From the NCBI GenBank assembly GCA_010093815.1, contig ML996569.1: 38,950 nt of DNA, one strand, 5' to 3'. Below, one piece after another: positions 25,858 through 37,767 of this stretch. The notes beneath the pieces are model-generated. The model saw only the letters and a program-made list of their open reading frames with translations, ran no database searches and had not been told where the DNA came from. Every line of letters begins with the position of its first letter. Positions within the stretch are counted from its first letter, which is position 1. This DNA is from Pseudovirgaria hyperparasitica. Taxonomy: Eukaryota. The translations under genes and the position numbers were made by a program.

Positions 25858-26196
25858 AATATTCTAAGGAATTAAGGAACTTCCTTAGAAAGTTTAAACT
25901 TAGAACTTTAAAAAATTTAACTAAAAAGGAGACTTAGAAAAATGATTTACTAAGAGAAATAGATATTAAAAATCGGTGCCGATTAGTATAGATCGGTATA
26001 GATTACTAAAGAGATTAAAGAAGTTATTATTAAAGAAAGATAAAATTAAGAAAGCTAAAAGAAAATATAAAGATCTATATAGATCTATATAAACTTATAC
26101 TAATCTATCTAGAAGAAGTAAGATCGCTTTAAAATTAAAACTAAAAAACCAAAAACACTAGATAAAAGAGATATATTAGTACCGATCGGTATAGAT

Positions 26197-27794
26197 CTAA
26201 ACTAATTAAGTCGGAGTAGGAGTAGAAGTACTAATTACCGCGATGGTTATATCTAATTCCTTCTACTAGTTCTTATTTAGTATAGTATAGAGCTTTATAA
26301 TATAAGTCTCTAGCCTTTTATTCCGATGCTATAAATTCTATATAGCGCGCCTTATAGCTATGAACTCCTCTATAGAAATCTACGGAGTAGCGGGACCTAG
26401 GATAGAGAGAGATAGACTAGCGTAGGCACGCTAAGAATTATATAAATTAGTGAAAAGATTTAATGATTAGTATAGAACTATATACCTTTAGTATAGAAAC
26501 TTCTAGATTAGAGCTATCTTCCCTAAATTTACGGCTCTTTAGTACGCGCGAGAAAGGAACCTTAGCCTTTTTACTAGAACCTTTTCTAGGAATTTTAATA
26601 TTACTAGTATATAGAAAGAAGTCCGAAGTAGTAGAGATTTTAGTACTATTATAGAGATTAATATATATTAGTAAGAATCTATAACGATTTAAGAAAAATA
26701 ATATTACCTAGTAATCGCGGTAATAATAGCTATAGTAGATTCTAATAAATCCTTATAAATCTTATTAGAATCGTACTCCTAGGCGTAACTCTTACCTTAG
26801 ATATATAGCTTATAGAAAGCCTTCTCTAAGGCGTTATAATTAGTAGTACTACGCTTCTTATTAGTAGGGGTTACTAGAGGCCTAGTAGTAATCTATTAGG
26901 CACGTGCCTACCAGTTAATTATATATGTATGTAGTAGTCGTATATAAGTAGTATACTCTACCCTTAAAGCAGTAGCTTTAAGATTCGGTCCTTTTAGTAT
27001 AGTTGGTTAGTACGTGGAGCCCGCCTCCTTATATAATCTTAAAGCTACTACGGGGTCACGGGTTTAACTCTCGGTCTAGTTAACTATTATTGAATTTCGT
27101 ACGATTCCGTTTAGCTTACCACGTCACGTGTACTTTATACACGTGACGGATAACATGGTAGTAACATTACTACGGTAAGTTAGCGTATCTAGTACTAGAG
27201 GCGGCATTACGAATATTAATTATATGCATATGGTTTATACTAGGCCTAGTGTGGCTAGCGCGTATACTAGGCCTATTATAGCTAGTTTAGTTTATCTTTC
27301 GTAAGGTAGATGCCTACAACGCGTAAGAGCACGCGCCTTCGAAAAGGGGAGATATTATTAGGCACGTGCCTACTAGTTAATTATACATGTATATAGTAGT
27401 TGTATATAAGTAGTATACTCTACCCTTAAAGTAGTAGCTTTAAGATTCGGTCCTTTTAGTATAGTTAGTTAGTGCGTAGAGCCCGCCTCCTTATATAATC
27501 TATACTAATATAAGTAAATCTATATAAAGTTCTTTAAACTTACTTAAATATCTATAAGTAATAATACTTCTTAGTTATATAAGTACCGTATATTATAGAT
27601 TTAGTACTACCGTAAGTAATATACGATAGAAAGTAATAACTATAATAATATATAGCTAGATTATTAGAGCCCGGCCTAGGTTAGAGTAGATTAATAGCTT
27701 TCGATATATTAGTAATATATATAAGATAGGGATTATTTAAAGGCGTCTATTTCCGCGCTAATTACTTTAGAGTATCGAGATTTTAGGAAACTAT
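26197..27794 (-). pseudogene. B1 copy of the antisense spliced accessory gene, disrupted by the TRIM
   Basis: Reverse complement of 29826-30816, with the TRIM inserted at the intron 1/exon 2 junction. Confidence 0.6.
26894..27495 (+). mobile_element. TRIM-like non-autonomous mini LTR retrotransposon (602 bp; 140-bp LTRs at 26894-27033 and 27356-27495)
   Basis: Direct repeats TATTAGG(<TG)...CCTTATA(<CA). TSD TAATC at 26889-26893 and 27496-27500. PPT GAAAAGGGGAGA at 27341-27352. Absent from the matching site in B2 (~30120). Confidence 0.92.
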
Positions 27795-28278
27795 ATTATA
27801 ATTATTACTAATTTATACGGATTATTATGAATTATATTATTACTAGCTAAGAACGGTACGAAAATTAGTAAATTGCGTAAATCGTACTAAATTATAGTAA
27901 ATCTATATAAATCTATATCTATAAGAATCGGGTAATATATCTAATAATCTAAAAAACTCTATAAAGAGTTAAGAAGTTTTTTAAAGAAAGGAATATTTCT
28001 AAGAAAAGATTTTAATATAGGTAGTACCCGGGCTTATCTAATTATATTACGTGATACGCTAGGCCTAATTAGGTAATCTTACCTATATAAGAAGTTAAGA
28101 TAGATAAAATCTAGTTTATTAGAAAAACACTTATATAAATCTTAGATTAGCGAATATTAGTAAGTATCTAAGACGAAGTATAGAGAACGACTAAGGTCTT
28201 ATAAGACTTAGAATAGGGATATAGAGATAGATAATAATCTAGGTTACTAAGGGTAGCTTCCTAGAGAGAAGGAATAAT

Positions 28279-28506
28279 TATTAGGACTTAGCCTTAGATA
28301 GGACCCGACCTATATATACCTTAGCTAATAGGGTTAGAAGGTAACGTAAAGGGCGGTAAATAGTTACGTACTAGATAGATTGGCGTCCCTTTATATATAT
28401 ACTCTTAGATTTCTATTAAAAGGGCTCGGTAGTAATTCGTTCTATAATAGAATACACCCTATTATTCTATCTAACTATACTACTATCTAATAACTCTATT
28501 CTTACA
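28279..28506 (+). repeat. Gypsy B1 3' LTR (228 bp), preceded by a PPT
   Basis: Reverse complement of 29114-29341 and 36268-36495; ends CTTACA. Purine tract at 28263-28274. Confidence 0.93.
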
Positions 28507-29113
28507 TCTCCTCTATAAGTAGTACTAGTAGATTATTAATATAGATAGTAATAATAATATATCTAATAAAGATATATAGATTAAACTATAACTATTAGAA
28601 TTTAAGAGATTAAAGAAGGTTATATAAGGTATAAAACTATTTCTAACTAGATTATTTTAATCTATAAATTACCTTTTAGAGCTTAAGAATCTTACCTAGT
28701 TTTTTAAAGTCTAGTAGGTATTATATATAGATGTTTTTAGATAGACTACTATTTAGATAGATAGTATTAAAATTAATCTAGTAAACATGCTTATTAAATT
28801 ATACGGTCTATTAGAGTATAATATAAAGAGAATTATATTTAATAATAGGTATAAAGGTTTTATTATAATTAAGACTATATTTCTATATAAAGCCCTATAT
28901 AACGAGATATACCTTATAAACTTTAGTATTATCTATAGTAGTTTTAATATTAAATATCTATCTAGAGCTAACTATTATAGAGATATTTATAGTAAGTAGA
29001 GCTTCCTACTATAATTAATTAATCTTATAACTTCTTAGCTCTCTCTTAATAGCTATTTACTACTAATACTAATTAGAAGAATTTCTAGCCTCTTTTAGAT
29101 TTAAAGGAATATC
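28507..29113 (-). mobile_element. Copia relic, RT segment (extremely RIP-mutated)
   Basis: Minus strand gives Copia RT motifs: LV.[Q]GF.[Q]KY.L[D]Y.KTF.P, IY[G]LK[Q]S, and YI[D][D]LL near 28530-28545. Confidence 0.85.
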
Positions 29114-29341
29114 TATAAGAATAGGGTTATTAGATAGTAGTATAGTTAGATAGAATAATAGGGTGTATTCTATTATAGAACGAATTACTACCGAACCCTT
29201 TCGGTAGGAATCCGAGAGTATATATATAAAGGGACGCCGATCTATCTAGCACGTAACTATTTACCGCCCTTCACGTCACCTCCTAACCCTATTAGCTAAG
29301 GTATATATAGGTCGGGTTCTACCTAAGGCTAAGTCCTAATA
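29114..29341 (-). repeat. B2 3' LTR
   Basis: Repeat of 36268-36495, adjacent to a PPT (TCCCTTCCCTCT on the + strand, ~29346-29357). Confidence 0.93.
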
Positions 29342-29825
29342 ATTATCCCTTCCCTCTAGGAAGCTACCCTTAGCGATCTAGATTATTATCTATCTCTATA
29401 TCCCTATTCTAAGTCTCGTAAGACCTTAGTCGTTCTCTATACTTCGTCTTAGATACTTACTAATATTCGCTAATCTAAGATTTATATAAGTGTTTTTCTA
29501 ATAAACTAGATTTTATCTATCTTAACTTCTTATATAGGTAAGATTACCTAATTAGGCCTAGCGTATCACGTAATGTAATTAGGTAAGCCCGGGTACTATC
29601 TATATTAAAATCTTTTCTTAGAAATATTCCTTTCTTTAAAAAACTTCTTAACTCTTTATAGAGTTTTTTAGATTATTAGATATATTACCTAATCCTTATA
29701 GATATAGATTTATATAGATTTACTATAATTTAGTGCGATTTACGTAATTTACTAATTTTTATACCGTCCTTAGCTAGTAATAATATAATTCGTAATAATC
29801 TATATAAATTAATAATAATTATAAT

Positions 29826-30816
29826 ATGGTTTCCCGAAATCTTGATACTCTAAAGTAATCGGCGTGGAAATAGGCGCCTTCGAATAATCCCTATCTTATA
29901 TACGTTACCGATATATCGAAAGCTATTAATCTACCCTAACCTAGGCCGGGCTCTAATAATCTAGCTATATATTATTATAGTTATCGCTTTCCGTCGTATA
30001 TTACTCACGGTAGTACTAAATCTATAATATACGGTACTTATATAACTAAGAAGCGTTATTACTTATAGGTATTTAAGTAAGTTCGAAGAACTTTATATAG
30101 ATTTACTTATATTAGTATAGATTACTACTAGGCCTCTAGTAACCCCTACTAATAAGGAGTGTAGTACTACCGATCGTAACGCCTTAGAGAAGGCTTTCTA
30201 CGAGCTATATATCTAAGGTAAGGGTTACGCCTAGGAGTACGATTCTAATAAGATCTATAAGGATTTATTAGAATCCGCTATAGCTATTATTACCGTGATT
30301 ACTAGGTAATATCGTTTTTCTTAAATCGTTATAGATTCTTACTAATATATATTAATCTCTATAATAGTACTAAAATCTCTACTACTTCGGACTTCTTTCT
30401 ATATACCGGCGATATTAAAATTCCTAGAAAAGGTTCTAGTAAAAAGGCTAAGGTTCCTTCCTCGCGCGTGCTAAAGAGCTATAAATTTAGGGAAGATAGC
30501 TCTAATCTAGAAGTTTCTATACTAAAGGTATATAGTTCTATACCGATCGTTAAATCTTTTCGCTAATTTATATAATTCTTAGCGTGCCCGCGCTGGTCCG
30601 TCCCTCTCTATTCTAGGTCCCGCTACTCTATAGGTTTCTATAGAGGAGTTTATAGCTATAAGGCGCGCTATATAGAATTTATAGCGTCGGAACGAAAGGC
30701 TAGAGACTTATATTATAAAGCTCTATACTATACTAAATAAGAACTAGCGGAAGGAATTAGATATAACTATCGCGGTAATTAGTACTTCTACTCCTACTCC
30801 GACTTAATTAGTTTAG
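29826..30816 (+). pseudogene. Antisense four-exon accessory gene inside Gypsy B (putative Cys-rich N-terminus, basic middle, coiled-coil-like C-terminus)
   Basis: Intact ATG at 29826. Candidate GT-AG introns at 30069-30120, 30306-30367 and 30528-30582 (52, 62, 55 nt; CTAAT branch sites in introns 2 and 3). Removing them gives one frame with only RIP-type stops. Confidence 0.65.
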
Positions 30817-31159
30817 ATCTATACTAATCGGTACTAATATATCTCTTTTATCTAGCGTTTTTAGTTTTTTAGTTTTAATTTAAAGCAATCTTACTTCTTC
30901 TAGATAGATTAGTATAAGTTTATATAGATCTATATAGATCTTTATATTTTCTTTTAGCTTTCTTAATTTTATCTTTCTTTAATAATAACTTCTTTAATCT
31001 CTTTAGTAATCTATATCGATCTATACTAATCGGCACTAATTTTCGATGTCTATTTCTCTTAGTAAATTATTTTTCTAAGTTTCTTTTTTAGTTAAATTTT
31101 TTAAAGTTCTAAGTTTAAACTTTCTAAGGAAGTTTCTTAATTCCTTAGAATATTTTAAA

Positions 31160-34100
31160 GATCTATGTCTCTTTTACCTTCTTCCTTTTAGGCGGCCGTT
31201 CTTAGCGCTAAACTATACTAAAAAACGTTAAATTACTATACTTTAGTATAATTCTCTATGATTCCGCGGCTTCCTTTACTAATCGCTACTTATATACTAA
31301 TATCGCTACTTTACTAATATTTATTATAGATTCCTAAGTATCTTTATTAGGATTATATCCTTTCTAATAAATTTTATATAGCCACGTGCTATCTTCGGCG
31401 CGTTACTAGCTAAGTATCTACTTAACTTCGTAGATATCTATACCTTCTTACGTAACTACTTTATATAGTATCTATTCGGAACGATCCGGTAATAATAAGG
31501 TATAAAATAGCTCGAGAAGCGTAATATAGAATATATTATATATCTTTAACGTAGGAGGGAGTTATAACTTATACGCCTAGTTATTAATTACATAAGTAAT
31601 CTTATATAGACCTATTATTATATAGTTAAGCTTCTTCTTTAGCCTAATACTCTAAATATTCTTACTATTTAGTAAAACTTTATCCCTAACATTAAAGATT
31701 ATAGGTTTTCTACCCTTATTATAGTACGATTTACTATAATTCATAGTATCTTATAGTTACTTTATAACGCTTCTTTACGTTTAGAATAGTTCTATAGTAA
31801 TTTCTATTACTTTAACGTTAGATTATTCTACTTTAAACTAAGTCCCTAAGAACTACGTATTATGGTTCCGACCGAAGTTTACTTCGAACGGACTTACGTA
31901 GGTTAACGTATATCGGCTATTATTATACGCGAATTCCGCGATATAGACTAACCTTACCTAGTTATCCTACTTATAGTTGTAATATACGCGTAAATACGCC
32001 TCGACTATCTGATTCTACCGCTCCGTCTATCTATCTATTTATAGGTGGAATATAGTACTAAGTTTCCGCTTGATTCCTAGCGTATAGTAGAAATCCTTCT
32101 AAAATTTAGACGTTATCTACGGACCTCTATCCGAAACTATACCGTTCGGTATACTATAGAGCCGGACTACGTCATGGAGTAGTATATCTATAAGATCCGG
32201 TGCTTGGATTATCTTCTTTATAGGGATATAGTATAATATCTTCGTAAATCTATCTAGAACTATAAGTAAACTATTATAAATGTGCCTAGAATACTTACTT
32301 AGGGGCAGATCTATAATAAAATCCATCGATAATTCCTTCTATGCCTCCTTTAGCATAGGTAATAGCCTTAATTCGCTATATAGTAAGTATCTATATACTT
32401 TTATATGCTGGTAAACGTTATACGTTTTTACGTAGTCTTTTATATATTTATAAAGACCCAGCTAGTTATACGTCCTTCGGATTAAATTAACTATCCTTAT
32501 AACGCCGAAGTGCCCTACTAACGCGTAATTATACTATTCCCTTAAAATATTAATTTATAAGCCGCCTTCTAGCACGTAGAGTCGGCCTTAGAAGTAGATC
32601 GCGTCTAATTATTATTTCTACCTTAATAACTATAGCGGATCTATAGCGCTTCCTTTTATACTTATAACTTTCTTTACTAATATATCGGAATTCTAGGTAG
32701 ATTTAATTAAGTCTTTAAGGGTTTTCTTAGTTTCTTAGACGTTTATTTAGATTACTTAATACCCGCTCTAATTCCCACGGAGAATCGCCAAAAGTGTCCT
32801 AGCTTCTAGTATTCTATTAGATAACTAGTCTTATAGTATCTAAAGTATAGTATAGTCTAACTTACACCGACTATCTACGTCATTCTATAACGATTTCTTA
32901 TAATCTTTACGCCGCGATAGAGGATTAGCTTTATTCTCTCTTCTAGCTTTATATAAGATTTTAAAGTTAAATATTAATATCTACTTAGCCTAACGTACTT
33001 ATCGGCGATTAAGGACCTTAGTTAATATAAAGTAATGTAGATTTACGTAATCTAATAATAATTTAATCTAATATACGGAGCCTTCTAAATAATATTACTA
33101 TTACTTAAAACTCTCGATAATTATAAGTAGTTCCTAGTCATGCATATTATAACGCGTCTCTATATCCGCCATTTTATAGGAAAAGAAAGCGACCGGGTGC
33201 CATTACATCTTATCTTTTATATCTTTATACGGTTAACTAATAATTCTAGTAATTATAAATTCTAACGCGTTAGTTTTAACCTAAATATACTTCTTAGGAT
33301 TAAAATACCTAAGAATCGGCGTAGTTATAAAGTAATTCTTTAACGATCGGAACGTATCTCACGCTTCTAGCGTTAACTATATCCCGACTAACTTAGCTTT
33401 ACGCTATACTCGCCCATCTATAGAGATTTTACCGCTATTCTCTATAAGTTTATTAAGTAGCGCCGTAATTCGTGAGAAGCCTATAATGAATTTATAATAA
33501 TAGTTTACGAAACCTATAAATATTCTAATTTAACGTATAGTAGTAGGTTCTAGCCATTCTATAATAGTCTTTATACGCTCCGGCTCTATTTTTAGGCCGC
33601 TATGTATTATAATAAAGCCGAGAAACCTAACTTCTTATTAGTGAAACTCGTATTTAGATAATTTTACGTAGAGTTTATACTACCTTAGACGATTTAGTAC
33701 TAATTTTATATATTCTTTATAATTCTATATACTATTAGAGTAAATTAGTATATTATTAAGATAAACTACGTAAATCACGTTAAGTAATCCTACGAGTATA
33801 GTATTAATATATTCTTAAAACGCTCCTAGCGCATTTATTAGCCCGAATGGCATAATAGTATACTTAAAATAACTATATCTAGTCCGAAATGTGGTTTTCT
33901 ACTTATCTCCGCGACGAATTTAAAGCTGGTAATATATATCTTATAAATCTAGCTTTATAAAGTACTTTACCTTCATTAATTAGTCTAGAGATTTACTAAC
34001 TAGTAGTAATAGATAACGATTCTTCTTAGTCACCGTATTTAGTGCCCGATATTAACGTATAGATATAAACTTCCGTCTTTCTTCTTTACGAAGAGAATAG

Positions 34101-34930
34101 ATATACCGGCCGATAACGTACTATAACGTATCTAGTCTCTTTTAAGATATTCTTTAATATATTTATAAAGAACTTCGAGTTCTAGTCTTAAAAGTAGGTA
34201 GAGTAGACTATAAGGGACGTCTACTCCCTCTTCGAGCTCGATCTTTAGCTTATATAGCCTATAATTAGGGAGAAGTAACGTATCTTCTACCGAAAACACA
34301 TCCGTATACTATAAATATACGTTAGATAGCGTGTCTTCGCCCTAATTATTACTATCGTTCTTATCTTTATTAATAATTAATAAGGACGTAAGATAGATTA
34401 GTAATAATTAGGTCCGCACGGCGAGGTTCCATGCCTCCTTACTAATAGTTATAACTTACTAGTATAATTTACCACGGTATTATCGGAACGTTAATATCTC
34501 CTTCTAAAAATTAAGGATAGGGTTTAGGCGTCTAAGCTAAGGCATCCCTAGAATTATATTCTATTAGCTAATATTAGCCATGATAAATTTATTAGATATC
34601 TACTATTTTATTATCTTCGAGTCATGAACTTTATAATTCGTTATAGCTTTACCTAAAGTTCTAACTTTATATCTATTAACTACGATAGTTCGGCTAACTT
34701 TACCGAGATTATATAATAATCTATACTCCTTTACGAGAATCGACGAAATATAGTTATCTTCTATACTAGTATCCACGAGGGCCTATATAGTTTTATTACT
34801 ATTTACTATAGGTAATAATACTTTTAGTAATATTAGGTCTTTACTCGCCGGAAGGCGCTACGGCTCCTTCTAAGTATATATAATTTAGCTAAGAACGCGG
34901 TTAGGTCTTGTATACTAGCCTATTCCTTTT
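31160..34930 (-). pseudogene. B2 pol (protease, RT, RNase H, integrase, chromodomain)
   Basis: The ORF track at 32117-32326 shows the integrase core MDFIIDLP...IVSDRGP. Other motifs as in B1. Ends are approximate. Confidence 0.9.
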
Positions 34931-36233
34931 TCGGATTCTTATAGTTAGGCGAAATATATCCTATTTCTCTATACTTATAGTAATAAAGTATACTATAATC
35001 CTACTATTTTACGATAGGCGTTATATTTAAGTCTATACCTTATCTTTTTCCGTGTTAAGAAGTACCGCCTCGATTGTTTTAGTATCCTCTTAACGCGTTT
35101 CTACCCCGATTTACACTCTTCTAGCGCTAATCGCGGTAAGGTTACTCTTAATCGAACGTATTTAATTAACCTCGTTTCTAACCCGTATAGGGTTCGTTGG
35201 TTTTACCTAGAGAGCCACGTTTCTTAAGGATGCGGTAGTATTTATTAGCTTTCTCCTCTAATTCGTGTAGATAGTTAAAACTTAATAATACTATTTCTAG
35301 TGTTTCGTGGATTAACGGAAGTAGTACTTCGCGAAACTAGAATATACGAATATTTTTCTATAGCGTAGGGATATTATTCTATAGGTTTTAGAGGTATTAT
35401 AGTAGTTAAGTAGATGTCTAGTTCGGTCGTTATACTACGCTTCTTAACTTAGATAGTACCTTTCTTTCACGTTCTCTATCTATTCCGAGGGTATTTAGTA
35501 TAAATATAGCTAAATGTTTCTAGGTTATCGTAGATAGTAGCTATACTTCCTTCTATCTATTCTATTAATCGCGGGATTATAAGTCTAGGTATCGTTCTCT
35601 AAACGAAATACGTTATACTTTAGTAGAAAAGAGTAGAGGGTTATCAAGGAAGTACTTTTCGTAGTCTCTCTTCTAGTCTTTCCACTCCTTTTAGTTCTTC
35701 CCTATAAATATAGTCGGGTCTTTAGGTTTTAGTATACCTAGGGAAGGAGTAGAGTAAATCGGTAATAAAGCGGCTGGGTATACGGTAGATTATCGTAACT
35801 CTAATAGTAGGTAAACTAATTCCGCCTAAATTAGTATAGAAAGTCGTCCACCTACTATTATTCGGCGTAGTTCTTTAAGAGACTCCTTAAGTTCTCGTCT
35901 CTTTACGAGGAGTTTCGCGCGTTCTACCTATTCTTTAAGGGTTTAAATCTCTCGAGCCTAATTCGCAACGTATTCCTAAAGTTTAGCGATGGTTTATTAT
36001 AATACCTCGCGTAGCTCCGCTATAACTTATTATCCGGCTTTATATTATTAGAAGTTACTTAGTGTATCTACCATTTCTTCGTCTAAAAGCTCCGTGATTC
36101 GGTCTAATATTTCTACTTCTCAGTTAGAAACGGCCAGAATTAATACCAATTATAGAGGATCCCTATTATTTAATATAGTATTACTTATCCCTATAGTAGA
36201 TCGTGTCGACCTTCTCGGTTCTAGTTAGACTAT
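34920..36233 (-). pseudogene. B2 gag
   Basis: Starts [M]V[Q].EPRRSTRS just after the PBS. Ends with a zinc knuckle and KNPKKE* at an A-rich gag/pol junction. Confidence 0.75.
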
Positions 36234-36267
36234 CTTAACTATAGTACTATATAGGGAGTAATTCGAA

Positions 36268-36495
36268 TATAAGAATAGGGTTATTAGATAGTAGTATAGT
36301 TAGATAGAATAATAGGGTGTATTCTATTATAGAACGAATTACTACCGAACCCTTTCGGTAGAAATCCGAGAGTATATATATAAAGGGACGCTAATCTATC
36401 TAGCACGTGACTGTTTACCGCCCTTCACGTCACCTCCTAACCCTGTTAGCTAAGGTACGTATAGGTTAGGTCCTATCTAAGGCTAAGTCCTAACA
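36268..36495 (-). repeat. B2 5' LTR with adjacent self-priming-type PBS
   Basis: CGAATTACT just downstream of the LTR (36257-36265) is complementary to AGTAATTCG inside the LTR, ~30 nt after a TATA run. Confidence 0.9.
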
Positions 36496-37767
36496 ATATC
36501 TATATTAGAGATAGTATTAACTAATAGAATATAGATTATTTTCTTCTCTTCTATATCTATAAAATTTATAGAGTTATTAAAATAAATTATATACTTACGT
36601 TTCCTTCTAAAATAAGATATATTAGAAGATAATCTTAATAGATATAGATTTTTATAAGGTAGGTTATAGCTAGAGAAAGATTTAAATTTTAGTTAATTTA
36701 CCCTAGGCGTAGTAGAAGGCGTTCTACTATAAGAAAGGGTAGATAATCTTCGTTAGGGTGTCTTAGTAAGACTTATTATATTATCTATATAGGGCTAGAG
36801 GTTCTATATATTTTAGACTACGATTAGTATATTATAAGATACTCCTCTATTATCCGACTCTTCTTTAGACCTATCTCTTTCTATAATAATTAAGAAGAGA
36901 GATTACTACGGAAGTAGTCTCGGATTAAAGGGTATAAAAGTAATATCTTATAACTTAATAATAATCTTATAGTTAGAAATATAGTACTTATAGATTTTAT
37001 CTAATTTATTATAGCTAACTAGAATACCTTTCTCTAATCTATAAAGAAGCTTACTATCTAGCTTTTATACTTCTTTTAGAATATATATATAGTAGATAAT
37101 TCTAAATAGATATAAGTTTTAGATAGAAGGCTTCTTACTAAAGAGAATATAATATAGTATATTAACTATTAGAAGAGAGATATATAGTATAATATTCTTA
37201 ATAAACGTTATTATATAAATTACTTTAGTCTAGAATTTTAACTTAGTATTAGAAGAGAGAATAGATCTTACTAATATCTAAACTATATAGTTAAATCTTT
37301 CGGCTATTCTATTTAACTTATAAGAGTAGACGGGAGAGATAATATATATAGTACTAGTCTTATAAAAGAAGTCTTAAAGACTTTTAGTAATATACTTACT
37401 ACCTTAGTTAGATATAAACTCCTTAATATCTATATTAAATTACTTCTTAATATATATAAAGAACTATATAATAATATTAGAAGCTTCTAACTTATACTTT
37501 ATAAAGCGAATCTATATAAAGTAGATTAATTCTTTAATAAAGGAGATATAGTACTATAACCTATTTAGAGATTTATATAGTATTTTACTAGAGAGGTCGC
37601 TATAAACTCTACTAAATTATATTTTATATTACCTATTTAAGCTTAAAGGCTTCTTATACATAGATTTAGATATACTATAACTCTTATAGTAGAAGTTACT
37701 TAGCTACTTAGAAATTATATTAAAATCTTTATAAAGTCTTTTAGAATTTATAATATAATAATAATCT
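36496..37767 (-). mobile_element. Copia relic, integrase and SH3-like segment (continues into 28507-29113)
   Basis: S[D][Q]G[G][E]Y ~37390-37410; N[G]IAERFN ~37290-37315; F[G]..[C]Y.[H]I.K..KL..EKGILV[G]Y ~37010-37110. Confidence 0.85.

Larger units (their letters stand above)
17561..28506 (+). mobile_element. Gypsy family B (chromovirus), copy B1; 5' part missing, interrupted by a LINE and a TRIM
   Basis: Reverse complement of 29114-35421 once the two insertions are removed. Contains a gag knuckle at ~17995-18050, pol motifs and a 3' LTR. Confidence 0.93.
29114..36495 (-). mobile_element. Gypsy family B, full-length copy B2 (7382 bp) with 5-bp TSD ATATC
   Basis: Two 228-bp LTRs; TSD at 29109-29113 and 36496-36500; the 5' LTR starts with an intact TGTTAGG; gag, pol and chromodomain present. 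Confidence 0.96.

Noticed and set aside
3438..28999. Short ORF-track ORFs at 3438, 3992, 5421, 12007, 12613, 21808, 24186, 26463 and 28787 as real genes
   Set aside because: They are antisense shadows of RIP-mutated TE or accessory coding sequence, with Ile/Tyr/Leu-rich composition and no recognisable motifs.
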